Positions 18,812 through 26,700 of a DNA stretch of 59,893 nt are shown in pieces. How positions within the stretch are numbered: position 1 is the stretch's first letter; the number at the start of each line of letters is the position of its first letter. Both the position numbers and the translations under genes were made by a program. A model generated the notes under the pieces. The model was not told where the DNA came from. It saw only the letters and a list, made by a program, of their open reading frames with translations, and searched no databases. Source of the stretch: an uncultured archaeon (lineage in GTDB: Archaea; Asgardarchaeota; Lokiarchaeia; Sigyniarchaeales; SOKP01); the NCBI GenBank assembly GCA_964493715.1, contig CAZBPC010000013.1:1-59893 (forward strand), given 5' to 3'.

Positions 18812-20595
18812 TTATAGATCCCCTCTTCGGTTGTCACTATTGGCTTTGCGATAAGCTCCTTTTGTTTCTGATAAAGTGTTTCGAATATTTGTCGATAGAG
18901 GACATTCTCATTAATCAAAGTATCATGAGTTCCGAATCCCATTATTCTGCCATTATCTAACACAAGGATCTCATTGGCATTTCGAATTGTGGAAATTCGC
19001 TGTGTAATGATGAATGTCGTTGTATTCTTCATAATACGCTCAAGAGCTAGTTGGATCTTATATTCGGTTTCAACATCAACAGAACTAGTTGAATCATCAA
19101 AAATTAGAATCTTAGGTTTAATGATAATCGCTCGAGCTATACTTAAACGTTGTTTTTGCCCCCCAGAGAGACGCGTACCACGTTCTCCCACCATCGATTG
19201 ATAACCATCTGGTAAATTTGTGATAAAATCATGAATATTTGCACTTCTTGCGGCTTGAATTACTTCTTCCATCGTTGCGTCTTCCTTACCATAAGTGATG
19301 TTTTCCTTAATTGTTTTGTTGAATAGAAAGGTATCTTGGGATACAATCGCTATCTTTCCACGTAATTCAGAGATATTATAGTCTCTGACATCAACACCAT
19401 CAATTTTAATGGAACCATCACTCACATCATAAAAACGTGGTATAAGATTAATGATAGTTGACTTTCCAGAACCAGTAGTTCCAATTATAGCAACTTTCCG
19501 TCCTGAAGGCACTTTAAATGTTAAATTCTTGAGTACTCGATTGCTTGGAGTATATCCAAAGGAAACATTGCTAAATTCGATCTCCCCCCTAAGGTTCTTA
19601 GCACTCACAGGATTTGGCTTTTCCACAATTTCTGGAGCTGATTCAATTACTTCTCGTACTCGACGTAAAGCAGCATCTGCTTGAACATACATGATCATTA
19701 TCTGCCCAAGAATTACAAGAGGAAAGGCTGTTAGACCAATATAGGATTGGAAAGTGATGAGGGTAGATAACGACATTACGCCTTGTACAACTAAGTTTCC
19801 TCCGACAAAGAGGGTAAGGATTATCATCAAACCCATCAGAATAAGGTTGATTGGCATATAAAGGGAGTTAATTTTTACTGAGCGTACACTCGCATTATAA
19901 AATCTTTTGTTGTTAACCCTGAATTTTCGAAATTCTTTTTCTTGCATACTAAACATTCGAACGACTTGCGATCCAACAATATTTTCTCGAATGGTGTTGG
20001 TGAGTTCTCCAAATGCTTCCCGACTTTCGAAATATATTGGACGAAGCTTGCTTGTAATAATTAGTGAGATGGCAATTGAGCTAGGGATGAGGATCGCGAA
20101 AATCCAAATCATCTGGGTTCTGAGGACTGACACTGCGATCAGAACTCCGAATAATTGGATGATACTTTGAACCCCTACTGCTAAGCCGAAACCGAAGATC
20201 ATATCTGTTTGCTCAACATCTGAAGTGGCTCGTGCTATTAGATTTCCTGCTTCCATTTGGTCAAAATAACCAAATGACTGGCGATTTATTGCATTATGTA
20301 TGTCCTTTCTCACATAGTATAGCGCATTAGTTGAAACTCGTGCACCTAATATGCGAGAATAACGAAAAATGAGAAACACTGCTAATCCAAGAATGATAAT
20401 AACAAAATAATCAAAAAATAATTCAGTCATGCTCATTGGATTCGGTGAATCGGGATCAAGGCGACCTACAAGTTGTCCAATGAAGATAGGGATGATAAGT
20501 TGGAAAATAGTTGATATTATTTGCAAGATAAAAGCTTTTGCAAAAATACCCTTACTCTTCAGCCAATACTTTATAATCATTTGTAGCGAATTCAT
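18808..20595 (-). CDS. ABC exporter partner subunit (degenerate Walker B/switch)
   Basis: GTTGSGKS, LSGGQ, IFDDSTSSVD (E to D), ITQR (H to Q): TM287/TM288-type heterodimer; 4-nt overlap with partner gene. Confidence 0.93.
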   Translation of the reverse strand: MNSLQMIIKYWLKSKGIFAKAFILQIISTIFQLIIPIFIGQLVGRLDPDSPNPMSMTELFFDYFVIIILGLAVFLIFRYSRILGARVSTNALYYVRKDIHNAINRQSFGYFDQMEAGNLIARATSDVEQTDMIFGFGLAVGVQSIIQLFGVLIAVSVLRTQMIWIFAILIPSSIAISLIITSKLRPIYFESREAFGELTNTIRENIVGSQVVRMFSMQEKEFRKFRVNNKRFYNASVRSVKINSLYMPINLILMGLMIILTLFVGGNLVVQGVMSLSTLITFQSYIGLTAFPLVILGQIMIMYVQADAALRRVREVIESAPEIVEKPNPVSAKNLRGEIEFSNVSFGYTPSNRVLKNLTFKVPSGRKVAIIGTTGSGKSTIINLIPRFYDVSDGSIKIDGVDVRDYNISELRGKIAIVSQDTFLFNKTIKENITYGKEDATMEEVIQAARSANIHDFITNLPDGYQSMVGERGTRLSGGQKQRLSIARAIIIKPKILIFDDSTSSVDVETEYKIQLALERIMKNTTTFIITQRISTIRNANEILVLDNGRIMGFGTHDTLINENVLYRQIFETLYQKQKELIAKPIVTTEEGIYK

Positions 20596-20613
20596 AGTTT
20601 TTCCCTCTTTTGC

Positions 20614-21171
20614 TTAATACATCTTTTCTTTATTTAATTGTACAATAATTTCTTCAATTCTTTGTTTTTGTTTGTTTATTCTCTTTATATCACGTGAGAT
20701 TCTAAGTTTTTGCAGCTCAAGGAACTCTAATTTTTCTTCAGTAGACTTTTCATCTAGTTTCGCCAATATAAGATTAATAGGATTGAATGTATGAAAATTT
20801 TCAGAGATTAAACTTTTCTCATCATCTAACATAGCAGTTTTTAAAGTTTGTATAGAATCTTCTATAACTCTTTGCTTTTCAAGCATCATTTTTAATACAT
20901 TACTTCCTTTTGTAGTGATGTGATATACTTTACGAGTTCGACCCTCTTTCTGTTCTTCAGTAAATTCAATTAAACCTTTATCTAATATATTTTTTAGAAC
21001 AGTATACATTGTAGATGAAGGCGGATCCCAAATGCCTAAAGTACGAGTTTCAATCTCTTTTCCGATTTTATAACCGTAAGAAGGACCTTTTTCAAGGACT
21101 AATAAAATAAGTGCGCTAATAAATCCTTTTTTCATTGCACTTTCGAATTCTTCAGCAATTTTTTCTGCCAT
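20614..21171 (-). CDS. PadR family transcriptional regulator
   Basis: ILLVLEKGPSYGYKI...MYTVL...GLI...RKVYHITTKG; C-terminal coiled coil. Confidence 0.9.
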   Translation of the reverse strand: MAEKIAEEFESAMKKGFISALILLVLEKGPSYGYKIGKEIETRTLGIWDPPSSTMYTVLKNILDKGLIEFTEEQKEGRTRKVYHITTKGSNVLKMMLEKQRVIEDSIQTLKTAMLDDEKSLISENFHTFNPINLILAKLDEKSTEEKLEFLELQKLRISRDIKRINKQKQRIEEIIVQLNKEKMY

Positions 21172-21209
21172 GCTATATTACCTTAGAAAGGATATAATCC
21201 AATAGTAGC

Positions 21210-21245
21210 ATATATCATTAATTGATATATATCAATAATCGATAT
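21210..21245. promoter_or_regulatory. Tandem palindromic operator candidate upstream of padR
   Basis: ATATATCA-TTAAT-TGATATAT (21210-21230) overlapped by ATATCA-ATAAT-CGATAT (21229-21245). Confidence 0.5.
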
Positions 21246-21378
21246 TTGTATTTTACTCCTATAAAAAATAAACAAATTGTTTAAAGTTTAAATTTTTAAA
21301 AAGAAAATCAAAAAGAAATAAAAACTGGTAGAATGATCTTATTTTATTGAATAATCATTTCAACCAAATTAGATAATT

Positions 21379-22710
21379 ATGGCTCAAGTATTCATTTATA
21401 GTACTAATAAGGGAATAAGCGCTGCTGTAAATCAAATTTTTACTGAACTCGAAAAATCAGGTCCTATATTAAAGAGTTCAAAAGAAATCTATATAAAAGT
21501 GAATGGAATTGATTTTAAGAAGCATGCTTTTACTTCTCCAAAATTATTGGAAGCGGTCATACACTATTTAAGCAATAAACAAGCTAAAATTCATGTTATG
21601 GAGAATTCTACTCAAGCGAATATGACTAGAATTGTATTTGCGATTAATGGCTATAAGAAAGTTTGCGATGATTTAGGGGTAGATATAATATATTTAGACG
21701 AAGAAAAAACAAAAGTATTTAATTTTGAGGGGAAAAAGTCATCAAAAGAAGATCCCAAAGGTTATAATTTGAAGACATTCAGGATGCCAGAAACAATTGT
21801 TAGGATAATAGAAAATAGAGATTCAATGACCTATATAAATTTACCAAAGCTTAAAACACATTCCATGGCTAGAGTCACCCTCGGTATAAAGAATCAATGG
21901 GGATTTCCGCAACATGCAGATAGAGGTAAAGATCATAATTATAACCTCCATTCTAAATTAGTAGATGTGTATGGAATAATTAGACCCGATATCACAATTA
22001 TTGATGGTTCAGGTGGAGGAACAATTCATGGACACTATCCTCCGACAGCGTGGGAGGATAAATTAGTGATTCCTTTTAATATATTAATTGGAGGGCGAGA
22101 CACCTTGGCTGTTGATGTTGTTGGCGCTCGGATTTTTGGTCTGACAATAGATGAAGTTCCTCACCTAAAAATAGCATATGAGCGCGGATTAGGAGAAGGT
22201 GATATTGAAAAGATAAAGGTTATTGGTAAAGATTTAAGCGAGTATAAAGAGAAATATGACTGGAATCTTGTGCAAAAATTTCCGGACGATGTGAAAATAG
22301 TAAAAGGAAAAGAATTGGTATGCATTGAAGGTTGTTTAAACAATCCATTAGCAACCATACAAGGATTTGCGTTTGATTACCCCGATAAATTTAAAGGAAA
22401 CTGGTTTTTAGTAATAGGAAAAGGTCACGATGAAAATTTAGTAGAAATGTTAAAAGAAGAAGGCTACACAAGAGGGCTGGTAGCAGGATACTGCGCTATT
22501 AATGAGGTAGGCGATAAGCTTGTTAAGGAATTTGGCAAAAGGAAGGTGTTTTTCTCAGGAGATTGTAATAATTTAGCTGAAACAGTCAGAGCGGTTTTAA
22601 AATTAGCAAAAATGACCGTTTTAGATTTAGTTCCCATTTCAAATGATGAATTAATGGCACTTATCAACGAAGCTCAACAACATGGCAGTACTGCATTAAC
22701 ACCTCTCTAA
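21379..22710 (+). CDS. DUF362 domain protein (putative Fe-S)
   Basis: IYIKVN, INLPKLKTH, TLGIKNQWG, IIDG, AVDVVG, C-terminal CIEGC and GYCA...GDC. Confidence 0.85.
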   Translation: MAQVFIYSTNKGISAAVNQIFTELEKSGPILKSSKEIYIKVNGIDFKKHAFTSPKLLEAVIHYLSNKQAKIHVMENSTQANMTRIVFAINGYKKVCDDLGVDIIYLDEEKTKVFNFEGKKSSKEDPKGYNLKTFRMPETIVRIIENRDSMTYINLPKLKTHSMARVTLGIKNQWGFPQHADRGKDHNYNLHSKLVDVYGIIRPDITIIDGSGGGTIHGHYPPTAWEDKLVIPFNILIGGRDTLAVDVVGARIFGLTIDEVPHLKIAYERGLGEGDIEKIKVIGKDLSEYKEKYDWNLVQKFPDDVKIVKGKELVCIEGCLNNPLATIQGFAFDYPDKFKGNWFLVIGKGHDENLVEMLKEEGYTRGLVAGYCAINEVGDKLVKEFGKRKVFFSGDCNNLAETVRAVLKLAKMTVLDLVPISNDELMALINEAQQHGSTALTPL

Positions 22711-22906
22711 TATATTCGGAAATGAAATTGAGAAATTATATTACTCTCTAAATTCAATATTAATTCAATTTAAAAAACAAAACTATTCTTCTTTTTCATA
22801 ATCAAACTGAAATTCTTTGAGATTAACTGAATATGTAAATAATTAAATAGAAATTTTGACACTAATAATTTAAAAATATCAATAAATAAATCTGCAAGTG
22901 AAGCAT

Positions 22907-24379
22907 ATGGAAGAAAATGAAAAACAATTAACACCAGAGGAAATTGAGAAGCAAAAAGAGATTGTAGATAAGTTATATAGTAAAGAGAAAGAAGAACGAG
23001 ATGAATACTTTAAAGAATTCGAAGAGGAACGTAAAAAGAATTTCAAAGAAAGCAAAGAATTAATCTCAGCTCTTATTTCAGAAAAAGCATTTCACCGTGA
23101 AAAACATCGTCAAGAAGATTTACAGAGAATGGAAATAAAACCAGATATAGAGATGAAAGGAGAAGCAATTGAAAAAGATATCGAACAAAAAGCATTTATA
23201 AGAGAAAAACAGAGAGAAGATGACTTAAAACGAATGGATCTTAAACCAGATATCAAGGGAGTTGGAGAAATTATTGCTAAATCCATGAATGAGAAAGCTT
23301 TTTTAATCGAAAAAAAAAGGGAATCTGATATGCAACGAATAAAGATAAAACCAGATTTAGAAAAATCAATGGATGCTATTAGTAAATCAGTAGATGAAAA
23401 AGCTTTTATGATTCAGCGAAAGAGAGAGGATGACGAAAAAAGACATAAAATTAAACCAGATATAGAGACAAGCGCTCAAGCAATCAGTAAAACAATTAAT
23501 GAAAAAGCCTACTTTCGAGATATACAACGAGAAGAGGATTCAAAAAGGATGGAAATTCATCCAGACTTTAGAACAACAGGGGAAGCTATTGATAAAACCA
23601 TCGCAGAAAAAGCATTCAGGATTGATAAACAAAGGGAAATTGATCAAAATAGATTCAAGATCAAGCCAAATATCGAGGAAGCAACTTTAGCGATTAAGGA
23701 ATCTATTGATGAAAAAGCATTCAGAATTGAAAAGCAAAGAGAATTGAATCAAAAGAGAATGGAGCTCACCCCCGATATTGAAAAATCTGCTCAAGCCATT
23801 AGCAAGACAATCGCAGAGAAATCTTTTTTAAGAGAAAAACAAAGAGAAGATGATTTAAAGCGCATGGAAATTCATCCTGAATTTAGAAAAACAGGAGAAG
23901 CAATTAATAAAACCATCGCAGAAAAAGCATTCAGGATTGATAAACAAAGAGAGGTAGATGAGAAGCGGTTAGCCATTAGACCGGATAAGGAAAAAATAAG
24001 TGGTGCCATAGGAAAAACCATTGAAGAGAAAGCATTCTTTAGAGAAAAACTAAGAGAAGATGATCAAAAAAGGGTTACTATCAAACCTGATTTAGTCTCT
24101 GCAAGCGAAGCTATAAAATCATCAATAGATCAGAAAGCTTTCAGGATTGAGAAGAAAAGAGAAATTGATCATGAACGAATGGAATTACGTCCTGAATTTG
24201 AAAAAACAAGTGAAATTATTGAAAAAGCATTTGAAGAAAAAACATTTTATAGAGAGAAACAAAGAGAAGAGGATCGTAAACGATTTGAAGTTAAACCTGA
24301 CATAAAGGGACTTGGAGAAAAACTGGAGAAAAAAATTGAAAAAATCGAAGAAAAGAAGCGAGATGAAAATCTAAATTAA
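22907..24379 (+). CDS. Highly charged 35-aa tandem-repeat protein (nebulin-like candidate)
   Basis: 12 contiguous 35-aa units; ATG at 22907 (ORF track uses GTG 22898); no TM segment or signal peptide. Confidence 0.85.
   Translation: MEENEKQLTPEEIEKQKEIVDKLYSKEKEERDEYFKEFEEERKKNFKESKELISALISEKAFHREKHRQEDLQRMEIKPDIEMKGEAIEKDIEQKAFIREKQREDDLKRMDLKPDIKGVGEIIAKSMNEKAFLIEKKRESDMQRIKIKPDLEKSMDAISKSVDEKAFMIQRKREDDEKRHKIKPDIETSAQAISKTINEKAYFRDIQREEDSKRMEIHPDFRTTGEAIDKTIAEKAFRIDKQREIDQNRFKIKPNIEEATLAIKESIDEKAFRIEKQRELNQKRMELTPDIEKSAQAISKTIAEKSFLREKQREDDLKRMEIHPEFRKTGEAINKTIAEKAFRIDKQREVDEKRLAIRPDKEKISGAIGKTIEEKAFFREKLREDDQKRVTIKPDLVSASEAIKSSIDQKAFRIEKKREIDHERMELRPEFEKTSEIIEKAFEEKTFYREKQREEDRKRFEVKPDIKGLGEKLEKKIEKIEEKKRDENLN
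23075..24334 (+). repeat. 12 x 105-bp coding tandem repeat with 315-bp higher-order similarity
   Basis: 1260 bp = 12 x 105 with no indels; near-identical segments begin at 23549 and 23864. Confidence 0.95.
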
Positions 24380-24395
24380 ATTATTGTTAATTATT

Positions 24396-24887
24396 TTAAA
24401 ATCCAAAATTGTGATTAAAATTAGTGTTTAAGTTACTTATTTCTAATCTTTTTTTATAGTTAAGAATTGATGGCTCAATTCTACCATCAAAATGGTTGAT
24501 GCTTCCCTCAAATCTTGAGTAGAAATCATGAACAATCTGCTTTAGTATTGATCTTTCAATAGTTAAGTTTGTTTTCCGGGTAATAGCAACCACTAATAAT
24601 CTTCCGTATCTCTCATATAAAATTCTTGTTTCATCGAAGTTGATTTCTTGAATCTCTTCAGACTTGCTACCCGGTTTTACTTCTTTAATGAATAAGTACA
24701 ATGCATTTAAAAAACCTCCAATTAAATCCACATCAATTGCGCTATTTGGATTTAATGAATATTCTTTACTTAACAATAGAGATCCTGTTAGTTTATCTAG
24801 AAAATAAATAGCCAGAAATCGATTAGAATTAGCCTCTTGTTGTTTAATACCAAAACCATATGATTTAATATTTGAATTTGGATACAT
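24396..24887 (-). CDS. Longin-like domain protein
   Basis: AIYFLDKLTGSLLLSKEY...DLIGGFLNALYLFIKEV...IQEINF...LLVVAIT...LKQIVHDFYSRF: beta-beta-alpha-beta-beta-beta-alpha-alpha pattern. Confidence 0.75.
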   Translation of the reverse strand: MYPNSNIKSYGFGIKQQEANSNRFLAIYFLDKLTGSLLLSKEYSLNPNSAIDVDLIGGFLNALYLFIKEVKPGSKSEEIQEINFDETRILYERYGRLLVVAITRKTNLTIERSILKQIVHDFYSRFEGSINHFDGRIEPSILNYKKRLEISNLNTNFNHNFGF

Positions 24888-25113
24888 AGGTTACCATTTT
24901 TGTTATGAGTTATTCAATTCATTCCCAATCCCAAAGTTAACAATCGAGCAAGATCAAGTATAAATGATTTAAACTTAAATTCAGTTTAATAATTGAATAT
25001 TATCTTAATGACACTATCACATTTCAATTAAAAATATTAAAATAAAATAACAAAAATTAATAACAAACAATTTTTATTATTAGACATATATTCTTTCAAA
25101 TTAACCTTAGATT

Positions 25114-25590
25114 TTGTTGATAATGGAAGTTAACTCAAACTTGAATGACCAAAAAAAAAAAATTTCAACCGGTTTAATTATAAGTAGAGAAACTTTAGAT
25201 CAAACATTTTTTCCCGAGGAAATAAAAGAGGAGATTTCAAAAACTCCTTATTATCTTCTTATATTTATTTCTCGGGAGGATGTTATAAAGATTAGTTGTT
25301 TTCCAACCAAAAATAATTCAATTAAAAAGATTTTAATTAAGCTAGAAGAATTTTCTCCAGAAATTGTGAAAGGAATTTCGGAAGTCTTAAATAAATTAAA
25401 CTTGATTAAAGATATCCTTCATACAACGGGAATATGTTATGAATTAGAAAATTGTTTTTATGAAACATATTTAATAGGAGATTTAATAAATCAAAATTCT
25501 GAATATGATAAGAAAATTGAGCAAGAATTTATAAAATTACCAAGAGTCAGCAGTGTTGTAATAGAAGACATCCCAACTCAAGAAGGTTAA
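25114..25590 (+). CDS. Hypothetical protein with possible C-terminal ACT-like domain (ATG at 25123)
   Basis: ILIKL..FSPEIVKGISEVL...ILHTTG...YETYL...LPRVSSVVIE ferredoxin-like pattern. Confidence 0.55.
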   Translation: MLIMEVNSNLNDQKKKISTGLIISRETLDQTFFPEEIKEEISKTPYYLLIFISREDVIKISCFPTKNNSIKKILIKLEEFSPEIVKGISEVLNKLNLIKDILHTTGICYELENCFYETYLIGDLINQNSEYDKKIEQEFIKLPRVSSVVIEDIPTQEG

Positions 25591-25640
25591 AATATTTTAC
25601 AATTAAGAGGAAAATTCACTTTTTATCACTTTTACTAATT

Positions 25641-26033
25641 CTATAAATTGGTTTTTATAGAACTTAAAGTTCTCCAAGTTTTCCAAAAAATTAACAACAT
25701 GATTATGAAGATAAACAAAGCTGTAACGAAAGTATATCCTCCGATAAATGGATCCACTAATATCATAAATAATATACCTGCTATTGAAAAGCCTATCATG
25801 TATCCATACCCCCAATAACGATCTCTTAAAGAAATTATAATAGCAGGAATAAATGTGGTTAAAATTATTGATAAAAACGCAAGAACTTCAACACTTCGAG
25901 GAGAATTTTGAATTATAATCATGTTAAACCACGAAATTACAAAACCAACAATACAAAATAAAAAAGTTTTATAACTTACTTTAAAATCTGGTTCAGAGTT
26001 ACGAATACGTTGTATCTTATCAATATCGTTCAT
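25641..26033 (-). CDS. Small integral membrane protein (about 4 TM)
   Basis: Four hydrophobic segments in 130 aa. Confidence 0.75.
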   Translation of the reverse strand: MNDIDKIQRIRNSEPDFKVSYKTFLFCIVGFVISWFNMIIIQNSPRSVEVLAFLSIILTTFIPAIIISLRDRYWGYGYMIGFSIAGILFMILVDPFIGGYTFVTALFIFIIMLLIFWKTWRTLSSIKTNL

Positions 26034-26213
26034 TATAATTGATGTAATAGGTTATTTTTAATAGTTAAACCTTGTTCAAATGATGAATTATTTTAAATAG
26101 GTTGAAAGATATATAGTACATAAGATAAAAATTGAATTAAAATATTAGTAAATTTTTTAATTAAAATTGAACTATAAAAAAGAAAAAGAAAATAATACAA
26201 AACCATTAAACAT

Positions 26214-26359
26214 GACTCCTGCCTCACCCTGGATTTTTGTCTTTTGGTAGTGCATGTAATGCACTCTTATTTCGCCCTCCAAGAGCCGTGATATACACGG
26301 AACTGGGGAATCCCCCTATAATTTTTCTGACCTTATCATTAGGTCTCGGGGCAGGAGTC
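26214..26359 (+). ncRNA. Candidate structured non-coding RNA, family unknown
   Basis: 146 nt, 70 G+C (48%) in a very AT-rich spacer; 12-bp closing stem plus five internal stems; two U-G wobbles favour the + strand. Confidence 0.65.
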
Positions 26360-26700
26360 TCTCTTTTCTCCCCCATAACGTATTGGTTAATTAGCTTAAT
26401 CTTTAAATTAGAAAAGAACATTATTTTATTATAATACATTGAAGAAGAACCTCCTATTAAATATCTGTGACAATTTTAAAAGCATAAACATATAATTGAT
26501 AAAGAAAAGGTTTATTTTAAAACGTAGGATTTAACATTTCAATTATATCCTAAAAGAGAACAATTTAATTACTATTCAACTCTTCTTTAATAATACTATT
26601 ACAAATATGTATTACGCGATTAAATTTTTAAGCTAAAATGCGTTATTTGATTAATTAAATATTTGTTCAAATAGAAATAAAATTGAAAAAACTGATTCAT

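Noticed and set aside
23075-24334. PPR (35-aa) or TPR repeats, or a CRISPR array
   Set aside because: Units are dominated by charged residues and lack the PPR/TPR small-hydrophobic helix-pair pattern; the repeats are in-frame coding and degenerate at synonymous sites, with no repeat-spacer alternation
26214-26359. tRNA-Sec, 5S rRNA, SRP RNA or RNase P RNA
   Set aside because: The hairpin at 26329-45 has UCA centred in a 7-nt loop but lacks U33 and purine-37 and is not followed by a T-arm; no TTCRA, 5S CCGAAC, SRP GGAA/AGCAG or RNase P GAGGAAAGUCC motif
26224-26439. Short ORFs 26224..26439 (-) and 26237..26434 (+)
   Set aside because: Probably by-products of the locally high GC of the structured element; no protein motifs
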